Virus record (IMG/VR): IMGVR_UViG_3300043690_000005
Coordinates: 1 to 45,561 of that record
From: a virus
Taxonomy: Duplodnaviria > Caudoviricetes
Reading direction: 5' to 3' (one strand)
Length of the DNA stretch: 45,561 bases
Position numbers and translations under genes: made by a program. Within the stretch, counting starts at the first letter, position 1, and every line of letters begins with the position of its first letter. Shown piece after piece: positions 26,965 to 35,887 of this stretch. The notes under the pieces are model-generated. The model was not told the DNA's origin. It ran no database searches and worked only from the letters and a program-made list of their open reading frames with translations.

Positions 26965-28587
26965 ATGCCATTCACACAAACAAAATGTGACAAGTGCGGG
27001 AAAGTATTCAAGTCAACTAAAGAGTATCATATAGGTGCCAAACTCGCGTACGTTGGCGAATGCGGGCACCTGATGATCGCTGATGCGACTAAGCCTATTG
27101 CTCAAGAGTCTTTAGAAAACTATGAGACTCTAGACGGCAAGAAACCTTATCCATATCAGATAGAGGGAGTAAGGTTCATAGAGCAATCAGGCGGAAGAGC
27201 ACTGATCATGGATGAGCAAGGACTAGGCAAGACTTGGCAGGCATCCATCTTTCTAGCTTGTCATAGAGATCAGTGGCCTTTTGCCGTAATCTGCAAGAGT
27301 GCATTGAAGACTCAGTGGGACCGCGAGTTATATAGGATCATCGGAGATGACGATCTGATGGTCCAAGTAGTCGATGAGACGAAAGAGAAGCTATGGCCTA
27401 AGGCATCAGGTTACATCTTCTCATTTGATGCCTTATGGCGATTCGAGGACGATAAGAATACTAAGAACGGAGGGACTTCTCTCTTAGAGTTCTTTGCCAA
27501 ACGAGGAATTAAGACCGTCATCATCGATGAGTGCCAGCAAATAAAGAACACTGAGGCTAAGAGAAGTATGGCAGTCCGAAAGCTCACTAAGGATATGCCG
27601 AATATCATCGCCTTATCAGGAACTCCGATCAAGAACAATGCTAGCGAGTTCTTCTCCATCCTGAACATCCTCAAGCCTAAGCTCTATTACAACAAGACCA
27701 GATTCATCACTTGGGAATGTGAGTCCATATGGGATCGTTACAGATACAAGGTCGGAGGACTCAAGTATCCTGACCAGTTCAAAGAGAAGACCAAGGACTT
27801 CATCATTCGTAGGACGAGAGAAGACGTACTACCAGACTTACCCAAGGTTAGCAGGTATAACCATTTCTCAGATCTATCTGAGGACGTGACTAAGGAATAT
27901 CGTCATCAAATGGAAATGTTCGTTGATGAGTACGATGCACCTCCTAGCTTTGAGAAGTCCTCAAACCTCATGGCTTACATGGCAAAAATGCGGCACATTA
28001 CCGGACAGAGCAAAATCTCCGATACTATAGACTTCACTATGGAATTCCTGGAGTCAACAGACAGAAAGCTCTGCATCTTCGTTCATCATAAGGACGTAGG
28101 AGTAGAGCTAGCCAAAAGAATCCGCGAGTCAGTTTATGAGGATGTAAACACAGGAGAGCCGACTTCGACTGAGGTCCTAGAACTAACAGCAGGAAATCCT
28201 AATAGAGACACAATTGTCCAACAGTTCAACTCAAAGGAGAAAGGAACAGCCAGAGTCATGGTAGCCTCTACCTTAGCCTCAGGAGAAGGTCTGAACTTAC
28301 AGAGTTGGTCCGACTGTATCATCCACGAGAGACAATGGAATCCAGCAAATGAAGAACAGGTGGAAGGACGTTTCATTAGGATAGGCCAGCAATCTTCAAG
28401 AGTAACAGCAAACTACATGCTCGCAGTCGGCACTATAGACGATTACTTCTCAGAGCTAGTCGAACGTAAACGTCAATATTGCAAGAGTTCCTATGGAGAA
28501 GAGTACGTCCAATGGGATGAGTCTTCGCTCATGAAAGAGCTAATGGAAACCCTGGCTACGAAAGGAAGACAACAGTGGAGACTGTGA
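26965..28587 (+). CDS. SNF2-family helicase/translocase with N-terminal zinc finger
   Basis: PYPYQ, DEQGLGKT, IIDECQ.IKN, LSGTPIKN, RR.REDVL.DLP, GEGLNL, WNP..EEQ.EGR..RIGQ. ATG at 26965 after GGAG. Confidence 0.95.
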   Translation: MPFTQTKCDKCGKVFKSTKEYHIGAKLAYVGECGHLMIADATKPIAQESLENYETLDGKKPYPYQIEGVRFIEQSGGRALIMDEQGLGKTWQASIFLACHRDQWPFAVICKSALKTQWDRELYRIIGDDDLMVQVVDETKEKLWPKASGYIFSFDALWRFEDDKNTKNGGTSLLEFFAKRGIKTVIIDECQQIKNTEAKRSMAVRKLTKDMPNIIALSGTPIKNNASEFFSILNILKPKLYYNKTRFITWECESIWDRYRYKVGGLKYPDQFKEKTKDFIIRRTREDVLPDLPKVSRYNHFSDLSEDVTKEYRHQMEMFVDEYDAPPSFEKSSNLMAYMAKMRHITGQSKISDTIDFTMEFLESTDRKLCIFVHHKDVGVELAKRIRESVYEDVNTGEPTSTEVLELTAGNPNRDTIVQQFNSKEKGTARVMVASTLASGEGLNLQSWSDCIIHERQWNPANEEQVEGRFIRIGQQSSRVTANYMLAVGTIDDYFSELVERKRQYCKSSYGEEYVQWDESSLMKELMETLATKGRQQWRL

Positions 28588-28679
28588 TGGATTATATTAC
28601 GGCAGGAGCAATCGGCTGGTTGCTCCTGATTGTCGTTGCTTTTATCTTGTCTAAGATGAAGGAGGACAAGATCATATGA
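28587..28679 (+). CDS. 30-aa single-TM microprotein (not in the ORF track)
   Basis: MDYITAGAIGWLLLIVVAFILSKMKEDKII; TGATG-coupled to the helicase stop, with GGAG upstream. Confidence 0.5.
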   Translation: MDYITAGAIGWLLLIVVAFILSKMKEDKII

Positions 28680-28682
28680 GTT

Positions 28683-28853
28683 ATGACCATTTGCAAGAGA
28701 GGACACGTACTAGATGAGAGAAACACCTACAAAGACAAGCGAGGATACATCCAGTGCAAAGAGTGCCGGAAACTCGCAAGACGAGAGTACTACCGAGCAA
28801 ACTTTTCAGCACCGAATCCACTCAGGATCGAGAACTATAAAGGGCCGAAATGA
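28683..28853 (+). CDS. 56-aa stand-alone HNH-type zinc-finger protein (not in the ORF track)
   Basis: MTICKRGHVLDERNTYKDKRGYIQCKECRKLARREYYRANFSAPNPLRIENYKGPK carries the same CxxGH..NTY..CxxC motif as the HNH C-termini. Confidence 0.7.
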   Translation: MTICKRGHVLDERNTYKDKRGYIQCKECRKLARREYYRANFSAPNPLRIENYKGPK

Positions 28854-28898
28854 GATCATGAAGCTCTTGTTACAGAAGTTCAAGGAGCCTAAGAAGCA

Positions 28899-29162
28899 AT
28901 GAACCAGAAGTTTATCGATGAGCTTATAGCCTGGACGAAGTCTAAGCATGAACTAACTCCAGAGCAACTAGACCTAGAGAAAGAGCAAGTGGCTAAAGAA
29001 CTGGGAATAGCCATCATGAAATCCCTGTTCCTTGAGGGACTCACCTTCGATGATTCCTTGACTATTGCATCCCTTCTAATTAAGATAGCTCAAACGAGTG
29101 CTAACATGATCCAAGCAGAGCGAGTAGTTCAGGAGTTCAAAGCAAGGAGTCGGTTTAACTAA
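28899..29162 (+). CDS. Hypothetical protein
   Basis: 87 aa, AAGGAG upstream. Confidence 0.6.
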   Translation: MNQKFIDELIAWTKSKHELTPEQLDLEKEQVAKELGIAIMKSLFLEGLTFDDSLTIASLLIKIAQTSANMIQAERVVQEFKARSRFN

Positions 29163-29560
29163 TGAGCGAGTGGACTATCGAGCATGAGATAAACAGGGAT
29201 GTTTACAGACCAAAGTATCCCTTACCTGAAAAGCCTCAATGGATCACTTGCGATTTCTGTGATCAGAAGACTGAACATGCCACTCTCAGAATGTCGTATA
29301 CATTCTGTGCTCTTGTCTCTCATGTATTACCCTACAAGTACATACAGTACGATCCAGGTTGGGCATCCTGTGTTCAGTGTGAGGCTTTGATCAAGTCTAG
29401 AGACGTCAAGACTCTCGTAGCCAGATCGATGAGCTTTCATTGCTATGATCCAATGATAGCTCTTCTCAAGAGACAACTACACGAGCTAGCCTTACTCTCG
29501 TTCTCTGACGATGAGCCTATCATCTGGGAATCAGGTCAGATGATTCCTCCAATATTATGA
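29162..29560 (+). CDS. Hypothetical zinc-finger protein
   Basis: CDFC...W.SC.QC..LI; AAGGAG RBS, TAATG coupling. Confidence 0.7.
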   Translation: MSEWTIEHEINRDVYRPKYPLPEKPQWITCDFCDQKTEHATLRMSYTFCALVSHVLPYKYIQYDPGWASCVQCEALIKSRDVKTLVARSMSFHCYDPMIALLKRQLHELALLSFSDDEPIIWESGQMIPPIL

Positions 29561-29566
29561 GGAAGA

Positions 29567-29704
29567 ATGACCGTACAACTAGCTTGGGTCTTGTTCACTG
29601 TAGGATTGCTCTTTGGCATTCCAGCCGGACTATTGATAGCAGTCTTACTGCATGATGCATATAGGCTAAGATATCCAGACAAATTCAGGAGAAAGAAAAC
29701 TTGA
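29567..29704 (+). CDS. 45-aa single-TM microprotein (not in the ORF track)
   Basis: MTVQLAWVLFTVGLLFGIPAGLLIAVLLHDAYRLRYPDKFRRKKT; GAGGA RBS; stop overlaps the HNH TTG start. Confidence 0.55.
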   Translation: MTVQLAWVLFTVGLLFGIPAGLLIAVLLHDAYRLRYPDKFRRKKT

Positions 29705-30156
29705 GCAAAGAAAGGATACACCGATACAATATAGAAAGAGTGCTTCTAGAGCGCCGGATACTGACTCCAGATAGTCATTGGCTGTACTCTAAGAGTACAG
29801 ATGACAGGGGTTATGGAACTATAAAGTATGAGGATAAGTACGAGAGGGTACATCGGCTAGCTGCTATGCTATGGCTTGGGTATAAGTTAGATGATGCAAG
29901 TACTCAGGTCAATCACAAACGTATCTGCTCTTGGAAACGATGCTTCAATCCCGAACACATATATCTTGGAAGTCAGAGCGAAAATAAATTGGACTCTGTA
30001 GCAGTAGGAACAGATCCAAACTCAGTCAAGACTCATTGCCCACGAGGACATGAGTATACTGAAGAAAATACCAGAATGTCAAACAACAGAAGACATTGTA
30101 GACAATGTGACAAAGAAAAACCATGGAGACAAAATGCGTACACTCAATGTGGATAG
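29701..30156 (+). CDS. HNH homing endonuclease with C-terminal zinc finger
   Basis: HWLY...DDRGYG, VHRLAA, VNH..IC..KRCFNPEH..LG...EN..D, KTHCPRGHEYTEENT...RHCRQC. Confidence 0.9.
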   Translation: MSKERIHRYNIERVLLERRILTPDSHWLYSKSTDDRGYGTIKYEDKYERVHRLAAMLWLGYKLDDASTQVNHKRICSWKRCFNPEHIYLGSQSENKLDSVAVGTDPNSVKTHCPRGHEYTEENTRMSNNRRHCRQCDKEKPWRQNAYTQCG

Positions 30157-31060
30157 CCAAGTAATTAATACTATACAACTTTGCGCTCGTAGATGCCAGT
30201 ATGCTTTCTTAGAAAGCTTAACATTGCCTGAGAAAGCAGAGCCTCTTGAGAGAGGAGATCTCATGCATAAGATGATGGAGTGTTACTATGGACTCAAAGG
30301 CAATTGCTTAAGGAAGGACTCTGAGGTATACAAGGCATTAGGGGAAACTGTTACTTCAGTCTTTCTCCCTATGGATCACAGTGCAATAGTCCCAGTCTGT
30401 CTGACCATCGGAGAATACTTCGGGAGCCGACTTTCACTGCCACTAGACGAAGTAGAACAGTGTCTCTATCAGTTCAAAGAGTATGCTGAGTACTACAAGC
30501 ATGAGGATTGGAATCCTCTTCAAGTAGAAGCGGTCGGCTCTGAGATTCTTTATCAGGACGATGACTACAGGTTCATCTATTCCGTGAAGATCGATGCGAT
30601 TATGGAACAGGGGAACATGAAAGCTCCTTGGGACCACAAAACGAGTAAGAAACGCAGTCCACCTATTTCCTTATCTAATCAATTTCTAGGCTACTGTTGG
30701 GCACTTGGAACGAATAACATCGTCGTAAACAAGATTGGTTTCCAAAAGACTCTTAAACCAAACGAAAGATTCGAGAGACACATTCTAGAGTATACCAACG
30801 CTCAAATACAGGAATGGAGAGCCAATACAATCCAATGGTGCTATTACCTCATAGAGCATCTCGAAACAAATCACTGGCCTCAAAACTTTACTTCATGTGA
30901 CAAATACTCAGGATGCATCTACGCTCAACTCTGTTCTGCTGATCCTCAGATAAGGGATCTAATTAAAGCAAGGGAGTACAAGGTAACGGACGAATGGGAC
31001 GTTGCCAAGATTCTAAAAAGGGATCAAAATGCCGAAAGAGAAATCGGATCACGTACATAA
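30134..31060 (+). CDS. Cas4/AddB-like PD-(D/E)XK exonuclease
   Basis: C.RR..Y, RG..MH..ME, VE, KIDAI, DHKT, Q..GY and C-terminal C-x5-C-x5-C Fe-S ligands. ATG at 30134 after GGAG is preferred to 30050. Confidence 0.85.
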   Translation: MRTLNVDSQVINTIQLCARRCQYAFLESLTLPEKAEPLERGDLMHKMMECYYGLKGNCLRKDSEVYKALGETVTSVFLPMDHSAIVPVCLTIGEYFGSRLSLPLDEVEQCLYQFKEYAEYYKHEDWNPLQVEAVGSEILYQDDDYRFIYSVKIDAIMEQGNMKAPWDHKTSKKRSPPISLSNQFLGYCWALGTNNIVVNKIGFQKTLKPNERFERHILEYTNAQIQEWRANTIQWCYYLIEHLETNHWPQNFTSCDKYSGCIYAQLCSADPQIRDLIKAREYKVTDEWDVAKILKRDQNAEREIGSRT

Positions 31061-31289
31061 GTACAAGAGAGAAGCAATAGGTAGCAAAGGATATGTCATC
31101 ATGAGATGTATGACGTGTCCTCATTTTCTGCCAGATCTGGCTCTCGCTGAAGGCAGAGAGACAGAATGCTGGTCATGCGGTGAGCCTTTCGTCATGAGAA
31201 AGAGTCACACCGAGCTTCAGAAACCTCTCTGCGATAAGTGCAGAGAGATTAGAAGAGCACGAAGAGAATCAGAAAGGAAACTAGCTTAA
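31029..31289 (+). CDS. Small zinc-finger protein
   Basis: HVH...CMTC.H...CWSC...LCDKC. Confidence 0.7.
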   Translation: MPKEKSDHVHKYKREAIGSKGYVIMRCMTCPHFLPDLALAEGRETECWSCGEPFVMRKSHTELQKPLCDKCREIRRARRESERKLA

Positions 31290-31293
31290 GCAA

Positions 31294-31590
31294 ATGAGTT
31301 ACTCTGAGAAACATCTAATCCAACCATCTATCAACGTCCACGTACCGGACACGATGACTCATCCTGAAGTCTTTGAGAATGTTCGAGTCTGGTTCCACGA
31401 GTCTTCGGGACCAAAGAATCGTAAGAGTTGTGGCATAAACATGGGTGATACAACTCTGATCTTTTGGGACCATGAAGATGTACCAGAGTTCCTTGATACA
31501 GTCCTGAGGCTCTATAGAATAGAGCGAGAGAAAGAAGAGGCAAAGGAGCAAGCAATTGAACACGCAAGACTCAATGCCGGACAGGAATAG
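31294..31590 (+). CDS. Hypothetical protein
   Basis: 98 aa ORF in the operon. Confidence 0.6.
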   Translation: MSYSEKHLIQPSINVHVPDTMTHPEVFENVRVWFHESSGPKNRKSCGINMGDTTLIFWDHEDVPEFLDTVLRLYRIEREKEEAKEQAIEHARLNAGQE

Positions 31591-32398
31591 CTTGTTCGCT
31601 CTATTTAAAGGAGACTCAGGAGCCGGAAAGTCTGTTGGGGCATACTCTTGGCCCGATCCTTATGTCTTCGACTTCGATAGGAAGATGCCGACTATTGCAT
31701 TAAAGCATTTTCCTGAGAAGTCCATCGAGTACGAGCATTTTACCTCCATGAGTAATGTACTCAGGAAGTGCGACGATTTCACACGGCACTGTCCGTACCA
31801 GACCATCATTGCAGATAGCCTAACGTGGATGGTCAGTCTGATATTCGACACTGTAGCCAAGGCTAAAGAGGAAACATTCGAGAGCCGGATCGAGCGAGAT
31901 GCAAAGAGCAAAAAGGGGAACTTCGCTAGTCTTGGATGGGACTACTACAACTATGAGGCTCAAGCAGTAGAGAAGTTCCTACAGCTACTCCAGGTCATCC
32001 ATACTCATCAGAACGTGAACGTGATTCTCATTGCTCACGTCTTGTCTAGCAAGGATAAAGACAAGGATAAGGATGAAACGAATGTCCCTAAGCTAGGACG
32101 AGTCTTCACAGCCGGAGAAAAGCCTGGAGTCCTAGTGCCGACCGTGTTCGATGACATTTACCATTTCGGTCTAAGGAAACCGAATACCTTTGCAGGAGAA
32201 AAAGGTATGAAGCATGTATGCTGGACAGAGTCTATAGGAGACGACGCAGCAAAGAGTTCTTATTGGCTACCAGCGGAGATAGACTTTACCAATGGTAGCT
32301 TGTATGAGAAGTTCTGTGAGACTATGGGCCGGAGTCCGCAGGATGTTGTAAGGCGGCCTGAAGTAGTCAAAACATCACCATTTTCAGTTAACAAGTAA
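31574..32398 (+). CDS. AAA_24 / Sak4-like ATPase (single-strand annealing class)
   Basis: Walker A GDSGAGKS, FDFD, Walker B IIADSLT, NVILIAH, FDDIY. Lies between exonuclease and SSB-like gene. Confidence 0.85.
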   Translation: MPDRNSLFALFKGDSGAGKSVGAYSWPDPYVFDFDRKMPTIALKHFPEKSIEYEHFTSMSNVLRKCDDFTRHCPYQTIIADSLTWMVSLIFDTVAKAKEETFESRIERDAKSKKGNFASLGWDYYNYEAQAVEKFLQLLQVIHTHQNVNVILIAHVLSSKDKDKDKDETNVPKLGRVFTAGEKPGVLVPTVFDDIYHFGLRKPNTFAGEKGMKHVCWTESIGDDAAKSSYWLPAEIDFTNGSLYEKFCETMGRSPQDVVRRPEVVKTSPFSVNK

Positions 32399-32414
32399 AG
32401 GAGAAACAAACAAC

Positions 32415-32792
32415 ATGCCGAAAATCACTTTCACAGATGCCGATCTGAAGTCCATGATTAGCATGGAACCTGGTTGGTACAAAGTCAAAATGAAGGAATG
32501 CGACGAAAAAACATCAAAAGCAGGTGACTCAACAAACTACAACTGTGTGTTTACAGTCATTGAAGAAGGGCCACTTCAAGGAATTGAGGTTAGTCATTCA
32601 TTCAATGACAAGGCGGAAATCGGTCGCAAGCAGATCATGTACTTCTTCAAGTGCTTCATGAACGGGCAACCGTTAGAGAGCAAGAAGGCTTATGAGTGGA
32701 ACGACGCAATCGGATTGCCGATCATGGCCTATTGCTTTTACGACAGCACTTGGAAAAGGAATGACATTAAGGAGTTCAAGCCTGTAGATTAG
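32415..32792 (+). CDS. DUF669-like single-stranded DNA-binding protein
   Basis: EPG.Y.V......K.SK.G......F.V.E.GP..G....N.IK.F.P; AAAGGAG RBS. Confidence 0.75.
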   Translation: MPKITFTDADLKSMISMEPGWYKVKMKECDEKTSKAGDSTNYNCVFTVIEEGPLQGIEVSHSFNDKAEIGRKQIMYFFKCFMNGQPLESKKAYEWNDAIGLPIMAYCFYDSTWKRNDIKEFKPVD

Positions 32793-32859
32793 GGAGCTTG
32801 AAAGACTAAGGCAAGGGCCGAGCCTGGAATCGGCCCAGGATTCTTAAAGGAGACTGACC

Positions 32860-33114
32860 ATGAGTTCTGTGCTAGATAATGAAGATGACGACAGGGTAAC
32901 TCCTGATGATCTTGATACTCTCAAAGTAGAGGATCTTCCTGAAGACGACGAAGAGACAGAGGAAGAGGACTCTATTGCAGATCCTGATATCGAAGAAGAC
33001 TCTGAAGACGACGAAGAGTCGGATGATCCTGTCGATGAAGAAGACGACGAAGATGAGGATGACTCTAGTGAGTCCTATGAACTCGACATCGATAGGATCT
33101 CAAATATAGATTAG
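32860..33114 (+). CDS. Extremely acidic small protein
   Basis: 46 of 84 residues D/E and 3 K/R by my count; AAAGGAG RBS; terminator follows. Confidence 0.8.
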   Translation: MSSVLDNEDDDRVTPDDLDTLKVEDLPEDDEETEEEDSIADPDIEEDSEDDEESDDPVDEEDDEDEDDSSESYELDIDRISNID

Positions 33115-33141
33115 TCTTGCTCACCTCCTGATCCTTGAGCA

Positions 33142-33186
33142 GGGTGCCGGGATTAAATGGTCTTCAAACCCGGCACCCATTTTTTG
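33142..33186 (+). terminator. Intrinsic terminator
   Basis: gggtgccggg (33142..33151) / cccggcaccc (33169..33178), followed by atttttt. Confidence 0.75.
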
Positions 33187-33218
33187 TTCTTAGATTAGGA
33201 ACTAGGGAGATTACTAGC

Positions 33219-33443
33219 ATGTATAATCCTAAAAAAGTATTTGACTTCATCGATCAAACACACCTAACTTATGCCTTAGGCAAGATCGTAACTGACATCT
33301 ATGAGTATAGTGAACGGACAGACCTGAGTCCACTAGAGAGAATCAAGCATCTCAAAGATGCCCGCGATACACTGAACACTATGATTAGAAATGAATCTCG
33401 TAAGATAGCAACTAAGCCTAAAGAATTAGGAACAGCAAGATGA
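33219..33443 (+). CDS. Small helical protein, degenerate DUF3310-like
   Basis: DFI....L.Y.LG.I...I......L.DA...L..MI resembles the DUF3310 pattern. ATG at 33219 after GGGAG. Confidence 0.5.
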   Translation: MYNPKKVFDFIDQTHLTYALGKIVTDIYEYSERTDLSPLERIKHLKDARDTLNTMIRNESRKIATKPKELGTAR

Positions 33444-35884
33444 ATTATGTCCCAGGAATCGGCCCAAGCGATGCTAAGATTGCAATAGTCGGAGAAGCAC
33501 CAGGGGCCGAAGAAGAGCGACAAGGTAAACCTTTTGTTGGTCCTACTGGTAAGATAGTGGACCAATTACTTTTGGATTGTGGAATAGATAGGAGAGAAGT
33601 CTATGTCACCAACGTCGTCAAAGTGCGACCACCAGGAAATAATATTCGCTTATTGGGAGAGCTTGGAAAATCCCTTGATGATTTTCTGCCCCAATTGTTT
33701 TCAGAACTTGACTCCATCAAGCCCAATGTTGTTATCGGATTTGGAAATACTGCTCTCACGGCACTCACAGGAAACAGAGGTATTGAAAAGTGGAGAGGTT
33801 CTATTCTTCAAACAGTACAAGGTCACAAATTCATCCCAACAATCCATCCAGCGTCTCTCTTACATGCTGAAGCTGATGGAAAAATGCGAAGCTGGAAAGA
33901 TCTCGTTTTCATCAGATGGGACATTGAACGAGCCGTTAGAGAGTCTAGATCAAGAGACGTTAGATATCCTCTGCGAGATCTCAAAGTTGCCAAAAGTTCC
34001 TTAGATGTTTTTCGATTCTTTGATAATCATAGTTCTAGTAAAAAGGTAGCAGTTGACATAGAAACCTACAAGACAATTCCTCTCTGTATAGCTTTTGCTT
34101 TCGACTCTTATGAAGCAATAAGCATTCCCCTGTTTGATATCCCAGGACCAAGAGAAGCAATAAAGCTAGGAAAGTCAGAGCAAGCTCATATCTGGAAAGC
34201 TGTCTCAGAAGTCCTATACGATCCCAAAATACAAAAGATCGGACAGAATTTCAAGTTCGACCAAGGACAATTAGAACATTGTATAAATGGCACATTTCCA
34301 ACTAGGCTGGATGTACGAGGTTTCTATTTTGATACGATGTTGGCCTTCAAGGTCTTATACCCGGAACTACCTGCTGGACTACAGTTCATATCCTCCGTAT
34401 ATACTGATGAGCCATATTACAAGGACGAAGGAAAAGAATACAATCCGGCAAAGGACGATCCAAAACGGCTTCTACTGTACAATGCTAAAGATGCTGTTAT
34501 TACTTATGAGTGCTATAAACGCGAGGTCGAAGAACTCGCGGAGCGGGATCTATCTGAATTCTTTTTCACAAGGCAGATGCCATTGCACAATCTATACTAT
34601 GATATTGAGAGAAGGGGAATACGTAGAGATGATGAAGCACGTCTTAGATTGAGAAGGAAGTACGAAGAGAGACTAGAGGAGCTTTCGGATCTCAGATTTA
34701 CAATGATCGGCAAGGAAGTAAACGTCAATAGTCCTAAGCAAGTAGACCAGTTGCTCTATAAGGACATGAAGTTGCCTCAAAGAAAGGGCACTGGTGAGAT
34801 AGTACTTGATGCTCTTTTAAGAAATACAATTAAGAGCAAGGACAAGCAAAGAGTCATTGAAAACATTCTCGAAGAGAGGAAAGTTAGGAAAACCCTTGGA
34901 ACTTATGTTAACTGCAAAGCTCACCCTGATGGGAGACTGCGAACCGGATACAGGCTTGCACTGGAAACAGGACGAACAAGTACTAGCGTGCTTAAGCCAC
35001 CAGTTACAACAGAATCTATGGGAGTTGCATTCCAGACTATCACAAAGCATAGCAGCGTGGGCGAAGACTTACGCGAAATGTTCATTCCAAGTGAAGGCTG
35101 TATATTCATTGAACCGGACCTTAGCCAAGCCGAAGCACGAGTCGTGGCGATTCTCGCTAGAGATGAAAGACTGCAAAAGTTCTTCGAGTTTGGAGTTGAT
35201 ATCCATCGAGTCACAGCTAGCTGGATACGCAATGATTCACCGGATGCCGACCTCGAATCGTTTTATGGGGCTGAAAAGGAGCGAGCTAAAGCCCTTGCTG
35301 GAGTCATTAACGAAATCCTTAAGTCAAGAGTCTCAGAAGAAGACAGACAATTAGGCAAGAAGTTCAGACATGCAGGCCATTATGATATGGGCAAAGGTAT
35401 GGCTGCTCTTCAGGCTGAGATATCAGAAGCACGAGCAGACATCATCTTAACGAAATTCCATCAAACCAACCCAAACATCAAACAAGTATTTCATAAAGAA
35501 ATTCAAGAAGCTCTCAAAGACAATAATCGAATACTCACCAATCCCTTTGGACGGCAACGAATCTTTATGAATCGTTGGGGTCAGGAACTCTTCAAGGAAG
35601 CATATGCGAATATTCCTCAAGGAACCGTATCTGATCACCTGAAGTTCACGATGCTAAGGTTATCAGAACGAGTTCCTGAGTTAAGAATTCTACAGGAGTC
35701 TCATGATAGCTTCCTAGCTGAGTGCAAGATAGGACAAGAAGACAGGCTGATTCCGATAATAAAAGAGGAACTGGAACAGCCTATAGACTTCACTAAGTGT
35801 ACCCTAAGCAGAGGTACACTAATCATCCCATGTGAGATAAAGATAGGAGCCAAAAACTGGAGGGAAATGAAACGAATAGTATGA
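33440..35884 (+). CDS. polA: Family A DNA polymerase with N-terminal family-4 uracil-DNA glycosylase domain and 3'-5' exonuclease
   Basis: UDG: VGEAPG..E...G.PFVG..G, TNVVK.RPPGN, TIHPA. Exo: DIET, QNFKFD, YNAKD. Pol: TGR.S, DLSQAEAR, DIH, R...K...H...Y, QG..SD, HDS. Confidence 0.95.
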   Translation: MNYVPGIGPSDAKIAIVGEAPGAEEERQGKPFVGPTGKIVDQLLLDCGIDRREVYVTNVVKVRPPGNNIRLLGELGKSLDDFLPQLFSELDSIKPNVVIGFGNTALTALTGNRGIEKWRGSILQTVQGHKFIPTIHPASLLHAEADGKMRSWKDLVFIRWDIERAVRESRSRDVRYPLRDLKVAKSSLDVFRFFDNHSSSKKVAVDIETYKTIPLCIAFAFDSYEAISIPLFDIPGPREAIKLGKSEQAHIWKAVSEVLYDPKIQKIGQNFKFDQGQLEHCINGTFPTRLDVRGFYFDTMLAFKVLYPELPAGLQFISSVYTDEPYYKDEGKEYNPAKDDPKRLLLYNAKDAVITYECYKREVEELAERDLSEFFFTRQMPLHNLYYDIERRGIRRDDEARLRLRRKYEERLEELSDLRFTMIGKEVNVNSPKQVDQLLYKDMKLPQRKGTGEIVLDALLRNTIKSKDKQRVIENILEERKVRKTLGTYVNCKAHPDGRLRTGYRLALETGRTSTSVLKPPVTTESMGVAFQTITKHSSVGEDLREMFIPSEGCIFIEPDLSQAEARVVAILARDERLQKFFEFGVDIHRVTASWIRNDSPDADLESFYGAEKERAKALAGVINEILKSRVSEEDRQLGKKFRHAGHYDMGKGMAALQAEISEARADIILTKFHQTNPNIKQVFHKEIQEALKDNNRILTNPFGRQRIFMNRWGQELFKEAYANIPQGTVSDHLKFTMLRLSERVPELRILQESHDSFLAECKIGQEDRLIPIIKEELEQPIDFTKCTLSRGTLIIPCEIKIGAKNWREMKRIV

Positions 35885-35887
35885 AGT

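Noticed and set aside
28714-28902. 62-aa ORF from the track
   Set aside because: The overlapping frame 28683..28853 encodes a recognisable zinc-finger motif and is preferred.
32790-32860. Stop-codon read-through fusing the SSB to the acidic protein
   Set aside because: An in-frame TGA follows two codons after the TAG, the acidic ORF is in another frame, and it has its own RBS.
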